Notes under the pieces: model-generated
Seen by the model: only the letters and a program-made list of their open reading frames with translations
The model's database searches: none
Told to the model about the DNA's origin: nothing
Shown here: in pieces, positions 39,401-53,300 of the stretch
Position numbering within the stretch: the stretch's first letter is position 1
Layout: each line of letters starts with the position of its first letter
Source: Bilabrum cf. latius
Lineage: Eukaryota
Assembly: GCA_965178125.1 (NCBI GenBank)
Contig: OZ237737.1
Location: 496,001 to 560,000 of the forward strand
Length of the DNA stretch: 64,000 bases
Direction of reading: 5' to 3'
Position numbers and translations under genes: made by a program

Positions 39401-42400
39401 CAGGTGCACGAACGGTACTGCGGCGTCCTTTCACGAGGCATGGGTCCTTGTTCGGGACATGCAGCAGTCCAGTAAAGCCACAGGCGCTCAAGCAGAGGGT
39501 GGGCAAGACGACGCAGGGAGCGGTGCAGATGGAGTCGCCGTGCCTCCCCTGTGTGCCTTGCTCATGCAGTAGACTACTTCATGGTTCCCTGAGTTCTTCG
39601 CCAGCATCAGTCTGCTGCAAGCTGGGGCGAGCCCTGTGCTAGGAGCGACGGTGAGTCAACGTAGCATACTCTTGTGCATGTATGAAAGCATATCCCTATG
39701 CCTACCTCACCCGTGGATCCACAATGTGCCAAGCATGTCCGTATCACTCGTCTGTATCGCAGGATGGAAGCTGCTCTCCTCTGTCCATCTTCGTCAAGTG
39801 CACGCGAGGAAAGTCCATGGATGCCACCATGAGGCGGCTGCCCGTGCTTGCGGCACTCGCTGATGCGGCTTGGACCCAGGGCCAGAAGGACCCTGCCGTG
39901 TGGACTGCGTGGACACAGGCCGCGGTGCAGCAGCTGAAGCTGTGCACGGACAAGGACGACGAGGCCCTGGCGGAAGTACTGCTGGACTACTCTGGCATCC
40001 TGGAGGGTCCGCTGATGCTGCTGCATCAGGCTGGCAGCGGGGTCCAGGATGAGCCAGCCAGCGGGGCAGGTGCCAGCGCTGGTGCAGGAGGTGGTGTAGC
40101 TGCTGATGTGGAGGCCCTTGTTGCATCCAGCGCTATGCTGCTTCAGGATGTGTTTGTGTGGGCATGCTCGAGCAAGAGCGTGTCGGGGCAGGTGCTGAGC
40201 AGCTTGCTGGAGCGCGGGTGCAGCCCCACAGCGCCGGGCAGCAGTGGAGAGACCCCTCTGCATGCAGCCGTGCGGGCTGGTCGTGTGCAGGCCGTTGCCG
40301 AGCTGCTTCGGAGGGGGGCGCGATTCACTCGCGGCCTTGCCACTGACTTGTGCGCAGGCGCCGATGGCGCCACGAAGACGATTGCAGAGGCCATGGCTCT
40401 GTCGTACCGCCTGCCGGACTCCACCCCGCAGTCTAGGTCTGACTTCGTGATTGACAACTTGGGCGAGCCCGTGGAGGCGATCTATGACCCCAGCAGCTGG
40501 GAATTGAGGCATGCAGGGTCAAAGATGGAATCGTGCAGATATGCGATGGTCGCCGGGATCAAGTTGCTGGACGACGACAAGAAGGCGGAGGCTGCTGCGT
40601 CGTTGAAAGCGGCCATGGCTGCTTTGCCGTCGCGTGACGCGAAAGAGGCAGGGGGCCCATGGGGTCTGGCTGTGCTGCGGGCACGCTTGTGCTCCATGGC
40701 AGCGATGGGCATCCGTGAGTGGGGCGAAGCGAGCGAGCTGGGTGTGACGGGTGATACGGAGCAGCAGGTGTCACCGCGCGACGTCCTGAGAACTATGGAG
40801 AGCATCCAGGAGAGGCATCTCAGAGCAGCTGAAGCAGTCGAGGATGTAAGCGACGAAGCTGTGAGTGGAGAAGGGGATGACTGGGTCCTCTAGATGGGCA
40901 AGCACATTCAGGTTGAAGTGCACAAGGCGCACCTGACTCTCCTCAACCATATACATCATGCTGATAGCAAAGCCGTAATAGAGGTGGCTTTGGAGCTTGA
41001 GGCACCCTAGGACCCAGTAGAGCGCAAGGTATGGCTTAACGAGCCTTGCGTGCGATGGACTGTCCCTGCTACAGCTAGCGATGTCATGGGCTCAACTGGC
41101 GAAAGCCCTGGGTTCCTCGTCCCAGGCACACAGATATGTGTCAACATGCTACAGTACGCCATCATGCACAACGCATCGGCTTGCACTGACAATGCCATTC
41201 ACGCGCTGTTGTGCGCAGGTGCAAGCGTACTAGAAGCTACGTCGGTGAGATTAACGATGCTGAAGTTGCCACAATTAGCTACTTGTTCGCGCTGCTTTCG
41301 AAGTTTTGCAATATGCACGCCTATTCTGAGCTGATTGAGACGACCACAACCGATCGCCGCGTCTTGTGTTTCTGTCCCACAATCCTCTGCAGGACGGTCG
41401 CACTGGTCTTGAGCTGTGGCTGAATGTGAGAGCACGAAAGTACGACCCTGATCCTGGGGTGTACATGACGCCACACATCTCCGAGAGGGCCGCCTCTGAG
41501 GCTTCTTGGTCCCCTGAGGCAAGGCAGCACTTAGTCAGATCTGTGTTTTCTGCAGCTGAGCGTGTGTTTGCCATCCGTTCCAATTAGCACCTGCTGCATT
41601 TCCTGGAGTACGGAGGCTGCGTTGACCCATCGTTGGTTCATCCAGATACGGGTCGCTCGCTCGTTCACACTGCCATCGCCGCCGGATGCTGCCGCCTGGC
41701 CGTGCTGGACGAGCTCGCAATGGCGGGCTGCGACCCTCATGCTTCCGACAAGGATGGCGACACGCCCATGCAGCTGGCCCTGAAGGCCGGCAGTGCCACG
41801 ATGGTGCGCGGGCTGCTGGCGTGGGGCTGCGAGCTGCGGGCATCGATGGCCGGGCTGGTGCCTGCGGGCGAGTCGCATGATGCGTTGCGGTCGTTCGTGT
41901 CCGATGTGGGCGATGGTGTGGGAGCGGGGGAAGTGGTGTGCGTGGACAGCAGTGTGGCAGAGTTTGGCCGCGTGGCCGATGTGCGTCTTCCTTGGGTGGG
42001 TGGGAGTGTGGCTGGTGGTCTGGCATCTGACAGCGAAGCCCGTCTGGGCTTGATCCGGTAGCTGGTCCTGCAGCTTGGGCCAGTGCTGTGCGGGGAAGCC
42101 GCCTTGGAGGCACAAATCTGCAGGGATGACTACATATCTGGCGCCTTTCATGGCACGGACGAGTACATTGGCTATGAATAGTACAATGAAGCGCAGCTGC
42201 TGGCTGCAGGGCGCGAGAAGATGAGTTACTCGCACGCCATCATTGTTTATGAATGCCTTGCTGGCACCCCTGAGCGGGCTCGAGTGCAGCGTGGAGGTGT
42301 CGAAACACGTCCGGCTGAGCTTGCAAGTTAGTTGACCTAGTATCTCTCGGAAAGCAAAGGCCTTAAGGGCTTTGAGAGCCTTAGAACATCCATCGTTGGG

Positions 42401-45400
42401 CGGCTCTCAGCTGAGCCAGAGCTGCTGCAGAAACTGAAAGACTCGCTTTCTCCGCGAGAGGGTTCTGAGACGCAGTACGGGCAGCTGTCCGATACCGCTC
42501 TTCTGGTCGCACTGGTAGGTACACCTCCCCCGCAGGACATCGATGGCAGTGCTGGAACGGAAGCTATCCCGTCGGGACCAAATCATCAAAACAACGTGTA
42601 TGGGTGGGCCAATCGGCTCAGCATGCGGGATGAAGTAAGATACGCAACGATCTTCTGCAACACGGTATCAAATTGTACAAAGTGCCCCCAGTGACATCTT
42701 CGAGCCAACGATCCCAAGCTTCGTTCAATTTCCCCCTGCTTAATTTATCGTTTCATCCGCAGAATGGTTGTTCGGCACTAGGCTATGCCCTTGGTATGCT
42801 GGACGATCGCAACGACTCCAACACAGCAGTCGATCTGCTAGTTGCCCTAGGATGTTGCGTGTCGAGCACAAATATCAGCTACTATGGCACTGCCAGCAGC
42901 GTAGCAGCGTTCATCTTGGACTCTGAGCAGGTTCGCGGCTGCTATCCCACCCGCTGTACGCTACTTGCTACAGCTCGAGCAAGCGTTGAAGCCAGCATTG
43001 CCGCGGCTGGCGATGGCGACGGGGCGGCAGACAATGCAAGCAGCGCCACGTCGAGCTCTGACAAACAGCTTGATCTTGCCGTGGTAGACGGTACAAAGCG
43101 GCGTGGGGAGGTCTTTATCCGGAGTTTGTTCTCGTACTATTCTGTTCACCGTGGGATCGCCTTGGCGGCGGCCTGGTGTCGACACCCACATGATGATCCG
43201 CAGCCAAGACCTGAGCTGGTGGCGACAGCTGCCGCCCGCGTGTTCCAAGACGATGATGCCACTGCGGCTGATCGTCTCAGGGCAGCCAGAGCTATTTGGG
43301 TGTTGGGCTAGCTATCTCCTGAACGAATCCAGTTCAATATGTCTGATGGCGGTGGCGAGCTGCTATGGACCGCGAGGGGACTGGCAGATGGAGCTGACGG
43401 CAGCTCAGGCGCTGTTGAAGAGGACAAGGAACGCCTGCGCGCGCTGCAAGAGGTCAGGCAAACGCTATGCGATGGCACGCCTCATCATGAGCTGCATGCA
43501 GATCTGACTACCAATGATGCGGGCGCGGACATGCCCAAACGGCCTTGCACCCTGCTGCAAAGCAGTATCGCGGGGAAACTCTTGGCTCCAATACAAAGCG
43601 GAGTCATGAAAGCGAGCGACGATGACGCGAGGCAGCACGAGGCTCTCAAGCGTCTCTGTGTCCTGAGAGTGCTGTCCGGGTCCGTCAAGTGGAAGGACAC
43701 TATGATCCAGAGCATTGTCGGTGCTGTGAGAAGCAACGAGGCTCGTGCAATTCAAGGACACGTTACCAAACTAGTCGAGTGTGGATAGGAGCTCCTGTCG
43801 CGACCGTGGATTTGCCTGAAAATCCCTGCTGCCAACCATGCAGAGCAGCTCGCGGCTGTTGGCGCCGCAATAGGCGATCCATCATTCACTGTCATCGCTG
43901 CCTCGCCGTTGTGCGCCCTCCTGCAAAGCACGGTTCAGGTTCAATCAACGAATTCATGCTTAGCGAGCATTATGCTTTTGCAAGCTGGTGCCAGCCCCGT
44001 CTATAGTTCAGAGGTGAGACTGCCGTTGTACTTGTGTGTGTTGTCACTTTTCTGTGATTCCATTTGCCACTGTACTTTTCGCGTTTCAAAGCCCTCACTA
44101 TTATGCAGGATGGCAGCATTACGCCCTTGTCTATTCTTGTGGGCTAGCTACACGAGGGTCCTTTCAGTCGTGATCGATCCAGCTTGCTTAACGACCCATT
44201 GCTACTCCTTGCGGCACTCGCTGATGCGGCTTGGACCCAGGGCCAGAAGGACCCTGCCGTGTGGACTGCGTGGACACAGGCCGTGGTGCAGCAGCTGAAG
44301 CTGTGCACGAAGCACACCAAGGGCGACGAGCTGGTAGTTGAGCTGCTGCTGGACTACTCTGGCATCCTGGAGGGCTCGCTGATGCTGCTGCAGCAGGCTG
44401 GCAGCGGGGTCCAGGATGGGCCAGCCAGCGGGGCAGGTGCCAGCGCTGGTGCTGGAGGTGGTGTAGCTGCTGATGTGGAGGCCCTTGTTGCATCCAGCGC
44501 TATGCTGCTTCAGGATGTGTTTGTATGGGCATGCTCGAGCAAGAGCGTGTCGGGGCAGGTGCTGAGCAGCTTGCTGGAGCGCGGGTGCAGCCCCACAGCG
44601 CCGGGCAGCGATGGAGAGACCCCTCTGCGTGCAGCCGTGCGGGCTGGTCGGCTTGCGGCCGTGATCGAGTTGCTGAAGCGCGGCGTGAAGCTCAGTAGGC
44701 TGCACGTAGCAAGTTATATTGCAGCCGATGGCAGGCTTCCCAAAGTTGCCGATGTTTTGGAAAGGGTGACCCTTGAGGGGGATACCACTGCAGAAGCGCA
44801 GCTATCAGCAATTAGGGCTGAGCTCGAGGCCGAGATAGATGCTGAGACACCCAAGCGAGGGGTGGTTGACAGATTCGACTGGCCTGTAGCGTGGAATGCA
44901 GGGCGGGCGGACTTCGTGACTGCTTTGTCCATGGCCGACATGAAAACGTGGCGAGACAAGGCAGTCAAGAGCCTCTTGGAGTCTGGTGAGCTTGCTGAGA
45001 AGCAGTTCCAGGATTCAAGTGAGTGGAAACTGCTCTGTGTGAGGCGAGGCGTTTTGCTTCGCGCCGCATCGAATGTGTGGGGGCAGCCCGAGCTGTGGAA
45101 GACAGATGGTGCGGATGCGTCTTCCCTGATCCATGCTATCGAGCATGCGACTGGAAGCATACAGGCACATCTTGGGCATCTAGCTGAAAGCGCAGCGGCG
45201 TCAGAGGCGAAGGCTGTAGAGGAGGAGGCAGAGGCAGCCAGGCGCAAGGCCGCTGAGGAGGAGCAGCAAGAGGCAGCCAGGCGCAAGGCCGCTGAGCAAG
45301 AGGCAGAGGCAGCCAGGCGCAAGGCCGCTGAGGAGCAGCAGCAAGAGGCAGCCAGGCGCAAGGCCGCTGAGGAGGAGCAGCAAGAGGCAGCCAGGCGCAA

Positions 45401-46736
45401 GGCCGCTGAGGAGGAGCAGCAAGAGGCAGCCAGGCGCAAGGCCGCTGAGGAGGAGCAGCAAGAGGCAGCCAGGCGCAAGGCCGCTGAGGAGCAGCAGCAA
45501 GAGGCAGCCAGGCGCAAGGCCGCTGAGGAGGAGCAGCAAGAGGCAGCCAGGCGCAAGGCCGCTGAGGAGCAGCAGCAAGAGGCAGCCAGGCGCAAGGCCG
45601 CTGAGGAGCAGCAGCAAGAGGCAGCCAGGCGCAAGGCCGCTGAGGAGGAGCAGCAAGAGGCAGCCAGGCGCAAGGCCGCTGAGGAGGAGCAGCAAGAGGC
45701 AGCCAGGCGCAAGGCCGCTGAGGAGGAGCAGCAAGAGGCAGCCAGGCGCAAGGCCGCTGAGGAGGAGCAGCAAGAGGCAGCCAGGCGCAAGGCTGCTGAG
45801 GAGGAGCAGCAAGAGGCAGCCAGGCGCAAGGCTGCTGAGGAGGAGCAGCAAGAGGCAGCCAGGCGCAAGGCCGCTGAGGAGCAGCAGCAAGAGGCAGCCA
45901 GGCGCAAGGCCGCTGAGGAAGAGCAGCAAGAGGCAGCCAGGCGCAAGGCCGCTGAGGAGGAGCAGCAAGAGGCAGCCAGGCGCAAGGCCGCTGAGGAGGA
46001 GCAGCAAGAGGCAGCCAGGCGCAAGGCTGCTGAGGAGGAGCAGCAAGAGGCAGCCAGGCGCAAGGCCGCTGAGGAGCAGCAGCAAGAGGCAGCCAGGCGC
46101 AAGGCCGCTGAGGAGGAGCAGCAAGAGGCAGCCAGGCGCAAGGCCGCTGAGGAGGAGCAGCAAGAGGCAGCCAGGCGCAAGGCCGCTGAGGAGCAGCAGC
46201 AAGAGGCAGCCAGGCGCAAGGCCGCTGAGGAGGAGCAGCAAGAGGCAGCCAGGCGCAAGGCCGCTGAGGAGCAGCAGCAAGAGGCAGCCAGGCGCAAGGC
46301 CGCTGAGGAGCAGCAGCAAGAGGCAGCCAGGCGCAAGGCCGCTGAGGAGGAGCAGCAAGAGGCAGCCAGGCGCAAGGCCGCTGAGGAGGAGCAGCAAGAG
46401 GCAGCCAGGCGCAAGGCCGCTGAGGAGGAGCAGCAAGAGGCAGCCAGGCGCAAGGCCGCTGAGGAAGAGCAGCAAGAGGCAGCCAGGCGCAAGGCCGCTG
46501 AGGAGGAGCAGCAAGAGGCAGCCAGGCGCAAGGCCGCTGAGGAGGAGGAAGATGGCGATGACGTCCTAGGCTCTGGGGCTGCAGCCGCAGCGTTAGACGC
46601 CTAGAGGATGCGATCCACCAAGGACAGTTCCAAGAGCCGTCCGCGACGCCGTGCGCCAGCCGCACATGGTCGGGACTGGTCTCAGTCGTCCAATGGTGGG
46701 GGGAGCAGCCCTGGTGGATTCTGTACTATCTCGTGA
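36478..46736 (+). CDS. Giant ankyrin-repeat protein, copy A (~3190 aa): two internal modules, long charged helical repeat, C-terminal CaaX (CTIS); introns 36829-36939, 38371-38468, 39651-39762, 41245-41392, 42635-42762, 44014-44108
   Basis: Ankyrin motifs GRSLVHTAIAAG, DKDGDTPMQLALKAG, GETPLHAAVRAGRVQAVAELLRRGA. Six phase-0 GT-AG introns join all pieces in frame once about 18 TAGs are read through. Ends GGFCTIS-TGA. Confidence 0.78.
45231..46550 (+). repeat. 39-bp coding minisatellite, ~34 copies (EAARRKAAEEEQQ)
   Basis: gaggcagccaggcgcaaggccgctgaggaggagcagcaa in tandem; one unit is 36 bp. Confidence 0.95.
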
Positions 46737-47313
46737 GATTGGTGATCCCACTGGGCCACGGCCCTTTATCACGTGTGCTGAAGCTTCAATAAGGCTAGTA
46801 TCCATTGGTTGATCCGATAGTTATGGTTGTGGCTCTGTCCGTCCAGGGAGCGCATTCCACGCTTAGCCCAACTAGAGGGCTATCAGAATTTCCAGACCCC
46901 TCAGGGGGTAGGCACAGGGACTGAGCCTTCTAAGCCAGAACAGTGACGCAGGGGTAGATCTAGACGTCTACCACCTTTTTGAGGCGAAACCCTGTGCCTC
47001 CAATCGGACACCAGTTCGTAGGCCAACCTGGACGCTGGGATGCACTCAGCCGGTGGTGTATGGGCCTGTCAAGGCTGAAACCACCCACACAACACCGATT
47101 CGAAACGGACAGGGTCATGCTGCCCGTTCTGTTCAAACCCTAAAGAAACCGGTGGGGTAGCAGGCCAATGTAGCGTTCACATACAATTTTAATCACACTC
47201 AATCCTGCGGCGTACCTACGCACGCAATCAAAAGTCACGCATACTCTGCCGACTCTCCGCACAAATTGGAAATAGCTCAGGAATCTATTTGAAGCTTGAG
47301 CCTTTGATCCAGA

Positions 47314-50300
47314 ATGGAAGGCTCGTCTGCTGGATGGAATGCCGTCGAAGAGGGCAGCCTCAAGATCGAAGTCAATATCGCGTACGATGCCCTTTTGAAG
47401 AAAGTCCTAAAGGGAATGCCAGAAGGCGCCACCAAAGTTCTTTTAGATCAACTGATTCCACAAGATGCCAGCGAGAGGACCAAGTTTCTGAATGATCCAT
47501 GCATACGGTGGATCCAGCCGGACGACAATAATGGGACGACAGGAGTGCGCACGATTTCGATGAATATCTTGCAATTCGCGGTAATGTGCGAAGCAAGTGT
47601 GCTCGATTGCACGCTTGCACAATGTCTGGTTTTTGCAGGGGCCGGAGTACTCGTCCCAACCTCGGTGAGTGCGTGGAAGCAGCTTTGTATCTCGATTGCG
47701 GACAATAGCCACACTATGCCATGTGCAGGTGGGACCACCTAGCAGCCTACATTGATGCTTGCACTTTTACTGCAGGACGGACGCACAGCATTCGAGATGA
47801 TGCTGACTATTCAGGGACGTTTGCACAAGCGGAGAAAGAACGAATTTCATGCTTTCTAGTATGCTGCACAGGCAGCTGCCGCCGAGGCTCGCGCTTCACC
47901 AGATGCCCAAGCACGGCTGGATCGGTCGCTGTCTCTGTCCTTGCGCAGGGCACTGGCAGTGCGCTCTACCGAGTACCTTGACATCATCTGCCGCAGCGAG
48001 GCTGCCTGCGTGGACCAGTCGTGGATCGACCCCGATACGGGTCGCTCGCTCGTTCACACTGCCATCGCCGCCGGATGCTTCCGCCTGGCCGTGCTGGACG
48101 AGCTCGCAATGGCGGGCTGCGACCCTCATGCTCCCGACAAGGATGGCGACACGCCCATGCAGCTGGCCCTGAAGGCCGGCAGTGCCACGATGGTGCGCGG
48201 GCTGCTGGCGTGGGGCTGCGAGCTGCGGGCATCGATGGCCGGGCTGGTGCCTGCGGGCGAGTCGCATGATGCGTTGCGGTCGTTCGTGTCCGATGTGGGC
48301 GATGGTGTGGGAGCGGGGGAAGTGGTGTGCGTGGACAGCAGTGTGGCAGAGTTTGGCCGCGTGGCCGATGTGCGTCTTCCTTGGGTGGGTGGGAGTGTGG
48401 CTGGTGGTCTGGCATCTGACAGCGAAGCCCGTCTGGGCTTGATCCGGTAGCTGGTCCTGCAGCTTGGGCCAGAGCTGTGCGGGGAAGCCGCCTTGGAGGC
48501 ATACATTGCCCATCGCCATACTTATGGGGGGGCTGTGCTGGCTGATCCAGGGTACGCTGGCGAGGAGGCGCTGGCCCATGCCCGCAGCGCGATCACCTCT
48601 CAGGAGGACAAGGGCCTGTCGTATACGGACGTGGTGGTCGCGTTTGAGAGCATGTGGCGTGGCATGGATTGCATCGCGGCGAGTCCGCCGACGTGTGCAT
48701 CGCTCGGAGTCTCACCGGCGTAGCTGGTACCGGCGATGGCTGACGCGTTGAAGAAGTACGGAAGCACAGAAGGTCAGGCCGAGGAAGCCGGTGACGGGCC
48801 AGACGAGGCAATGGGTAGTGGCGACGTGCAGGCCGTGCTGGTGGGCCAGATCAAGGAGATGTTCGAGTCACCCCCGTATGGCACGAAGAGGGAAGACATG
48901 CTGTAGAAGCTGCTGGACCCTGACGGCGGCAAGATGGTGAAGGAGGGCGACGACAGCTTTTCCCACGATTCTGCATACGAATGGGTGTCCAGCACGGCAG
49001 CATGGATCGCCCTCATTGCAAGTACGCGCACGCCGATGAAGCGAGACACCAAGGCGGCCGACGGTGAGGAGCATATGGAGGCAGCTGCAGCTTCCAGGGC
49101 GGCCTCGGGCGCTGGGGCTGCTGGTGGTACTGATGTGGATGCATCCGCATCTGCGTTGAGCGAGCTGGTGTTCAGTAACGCCCTACGATTGAACAAGCCG
49201 GGGAATGTGAGAATCACAGAAGATGCACGTTTTGTCTGTATTACGACACCGTGTGGCTATGTGTTCGTTGTCCAGGTTGTGTTCGTTTCCCAACAATTTC
49301 GCAGGCTGGTCGCGTGCTGCCCTTGGGCTATGCTCTGAAAAGCAGGGGCGATGACTCGTATGTATCCTTGGGCCTTCTGTCCGCTCTCGGTTGCTGCACT
49401 TCTGCTACCTTGCTTCCTGGCTATCGAAGCGTCTTGCCGACTATTGAAGCAGTTTACAGAGACGTTGGAAGTGGTATGCTGTCGCCTACCTGTGCTTCAT
49501 TCTGCCATTCAGTTGACACAGGAATGGAGGTTGTGATGTCTTTGGATGAGTGCAAGGGTCTGTTGTCGAATTGGTTCTTCATGGAGGGCCAATTGGAAGA
49601 GTCAATGCCGCTGGTTCGTTTTGCAGTTGCCGCTGCAGCGATTGTACGAGCCTACAAGACAGACGATCACATCGCAAAGGACATCGGTTAGAGGGTAGCT
49701 GCTGCAGCTGCCCGCTTGTTTGAGCGTAGTAAGGTGCCATTGGCCTTTCGCGTTGCATATGCCCGAGGCCTTGCTGTCTTCGCCGCTTCTATCGACCTGC
49801 GAGTTCAATTTCTTGTATCGGAAGACGGCGACTCTGTCCTGTGGTAGGCACATGGGCTGGACGAAGGAGCTGACGGCAGGTCTGGATCCCTTGCAGTGGA
49901 GAAGGAAGGCTTACACGCGCTGCCTGAGGTGGTGCAAACGCTGTGCGGCAAGACACACAAGTCATACGGCTCGCTACTTCGTAATCCGGATGCAGCGGGG
50001 CTCGCAAGCGTCCGAGACAACCCCAGTGGCTTCAGCACCTTGCTAGACACGGATGCTGTCATGGAGAAGGTCGCTGATGGGCTGTGGTCCGCGGTCTCAA
50101 GTGAAGACAGCAGACTGCGGGGGCTGTGCCACGTGGACTGTCTTGACATGACAGTGGAAAACACCGAGGACATGGCGGCAGCACTGACCTGGTGCAGCAA
50201 GCACGAGTCCTCTGGCCTGTTGGTGCAGAGCGTCGACAGGTGCACGAACGGTACTGCGGCGTCCTTTCACGAGGCATGGGTCCTTGTTCGGGACATGCAG

Positions 50301-53300
50301 CAATCCAGTAAAGCCACAGGCGCTCAAGCAGAGGGCGGGCAAGACGACGTAGGGAGCGGTGCAGATGGAGTCGCCGTGCCTCCCCTGTGTGCCTTGCTCA
50401 TGCAGTAGACTACTTCATGGTTCCCTGAGTTCTTCGCCAGCATCAGTCTGCTGCAAGCTGGGGCGAGCCCTGTGCTAGGAGCGACGGTGAGTCAACGTAG
50501 CATACTCTTGTGCATGTATGAAAGCATATCCCTGTGCCCACCTCACCTGTGGATCCGCAATGTGCCAAGCATGTCCGTATCACTCGTCTGTATCGCAGGA
50601 TGGAAGCTGCTCTCCTCTGTCCATCTTCGTCAAGTGCACGCGAGGAAAGTCCATGGATGCCACCATGAGGCGGCTGCCCGTGCTTGCGGCACTCGCTGAT
50701 GCGGCTTGGACCCAGGGCCAGAAGGACCCTGCCGTGTGGACTGCGTGGACACAGGCCGTGATGCAGCAGCTGAAGTTGTGCACGGACAAGGACGACGAGG
50801 CCCTGGCGGAAGTACTGCTGGACTACTCTGGCATCCTGGAGGGCTCGCTGATGCTGCTGCATCAGGCTGGCAGCAGGGTCCAGGATGAGCCAGCCAGCGG
50901 GGCAGGTGCCAGCGCTGGTGCAGGAGGTGGTGTAGCTGCTGATGTGGAGGCCCTTGTTGCATCCAGCGCTATGCTGCTTCAGGATGTGTTTGTGTGGGCA
51001 TGCTCGAGCAAGAGCGTGTCGGGGCAGGTGCTGAGCAGCTTGCTGGAGCGCGGGTGCAGCCCCACAGCGCCGGGCAGCAAGGGAGAGACCCCTCTGCATG
51101 CAGCCGTGCGGGCTGGTCGTGTGCAGGCCGTTGCCGAGCTGCTTCGGAGGGGGGCGCGATTCACTCGCGGCCTTGCCACTGACTTGTGCGCAGGCGCCGA
51201 TGGTGTCACGAAGACGATTGCAGAGGCCATGGCTCTGTCGTACCGCCTGCCGGACTCTACCCCGCAGTCTAGGTCTAACTTCGTGATTGACAACTTGGGC
51301 GAGCCCGTGGAGGCGATCTATGACCCCAGCAGCTGGGAATTGAGGCATGCAGGGTCAAAGATGGAATCGTGCAGATATGCGATGGTCGCCGGGATCAAGT
51401 TGCTGGACGACGACAAGAAGGCGGAGGCTGTTGCGTCATTGAAAGCTGCCATGGCTGCTTTGCCGTCGCGTGACGCGAAAGAGGCAGGGGGCCCAGGGGG
51501 TCTGGCTGTGCTGCGGGCACGCTTGTGCTCCATGGCAGCGATGGGCATCCGTGAGTGGGGCGAAGCGAGCGAGCTGGGTGTGACGGGTGATACGGAGCAG
51601 CAGGTGTCACCGCGCGACGTCCTGAGAACTATGGAGAGCATCCAGGAGAGGCATCTCAGAGCAGCTGAAGCAGTCGAGGATGTAAGCGACGAAGCTGTGA
51701 GTGGAGAAGGGGATGACTGGGTCCTCTAGATGGGCAAGCACATTCAGGTTGAAGTGCACAAGGCGCACCTGACTCTCCTCAACCATATACATCATGCTGA
51801 TAGCAAAGCCGTAATAGAGGTGGCTTTGGAGCTTGAGGCACCCTAGGACCCAGTAGAGCGCAAGGTATGGCTTAACGAGCCTTGCGTGCGATGGACTGTC
51901 CCTGCTACAGCTAGCGATGTCATGGGCTCAACTGGCGAAAGCCCTGGGTTCCTCGTCCCAGGCACTCAGATATGTGTCAACATGCTACAGTACGCCATCA
52001 TGCACAACGCGTCGGCTTGCACTGACAATGCCATTCACGCGCTGTTGTGCGCAGGTGCAAGCGTACTAGAAGCTACGTCGGTGAGATTAACGATGCTGAA
52101 GTTGCCACAATTAGCTACTTGTTCGCGCTGCTTTCGAAGTTTTTGCAATATGCACGCCTATTCTGAGCTGATTGAGACGACCACAACCGATCGCCGCGTC
52201 TTGTGTTTCTGTCCCACAATCCTCTGCAGGACGGTCGCACTGGTCTTGAGCTGTGGCTGAATGTGAGAGCACGAAAGTATGGGACAGTTATTGCCAGGTA
52301 CGTCACCCCGCATATTTCCGAGCGGGCGGCAATTGAAGCCTCGGAGTGTCCAGAGGCAAGGCAGCGCTTAGTCAGATCTGTGTTTTCTGCAGCTGAGCGT
52401 GTGTTTGCCATCCGTTCCAATTAGCACCTGCTGCATTTTCTTGTGTACGGAGGCTGCGTTGACCCATCGTTGGTTCATCCAGATACAGGTCGCTCGCTCG
52501 TTCACACTGCCATCGCCGCCGGATGCTGCCGCCTGGCCGTGCTGGACGAGCTCGCAATGGCGGGCTGCGACCCTCATGCTCCCGACAAGGATGGCGACAC
52601 GCCCATGCAGCTGGCCCTGAAGGCCGGCAGTGCCACGATGGTGCGCGGGCTGCTGGCGTGGGGCTGCGAGCTGCGGGCATCGATGGCCGGGCTGGTGCCT
52701 GCGGGCGAGTCGCATGATGCGTTGCGGTCGTTCGTGTCCGATGTGGGCGATGGTGTGGGAGCGGGGGAAGTGGTGTGCGTGGACAGCAGTGTGGCAGAGT
52801 TTGGCCGCGTGGCCGATGTGCGTCTTCCTTGGGTGGGTGGGAGTGTGGCTGGTGGTCTGGCATCTGACAGCGAAGCCCGTCTGGGCTTGATCCGGTAGCT
52901 GGTCCTGCAGCTTGGGCCAGAGCTGTGCGGGGAAGCCGCCTTGGAGGCATATATGACTCAGCAGCATTCGTTTGCGGGTGGCATGCTCGTTGCAACCGAG
53001 TACATTGGCTGGGATCAGTACGCTGATGCACTGCGGAAGGCTGCGGAAGGTAAGGGCATGCACTTCTCGCATGCTGTCATAGTTCATGAGTGCCTTGCTG
53101 GTGGCATTCAGAAGTCCATGGTGCAGCCCCGTCTTCAGCGAGTATCAATTGGAAAAGCCGCACTTGCAAACCAGCTTGGGTTGTTACTCTAGGGGCAGCA
53201 AGGGGACAACCACAGTGATGACACCGTTGGGGCCCTCAGTAACTCAATTCGAGGGAGGTTGCGAGTAGAGCCTAAGCTTTTGGAAATGTGTAGGGGTTCA

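Noticed and set aside
45231-46550. CRISPR array
   Set aside because: The units are contiguous without unique spacers, are in-frame coding, and there are no cas genes.
44714-46665. Long antisense ORFs of 605, 509 and 437 aa
   Set aside because: They are shadows of the stop-free minisatellite on the opposite strand.
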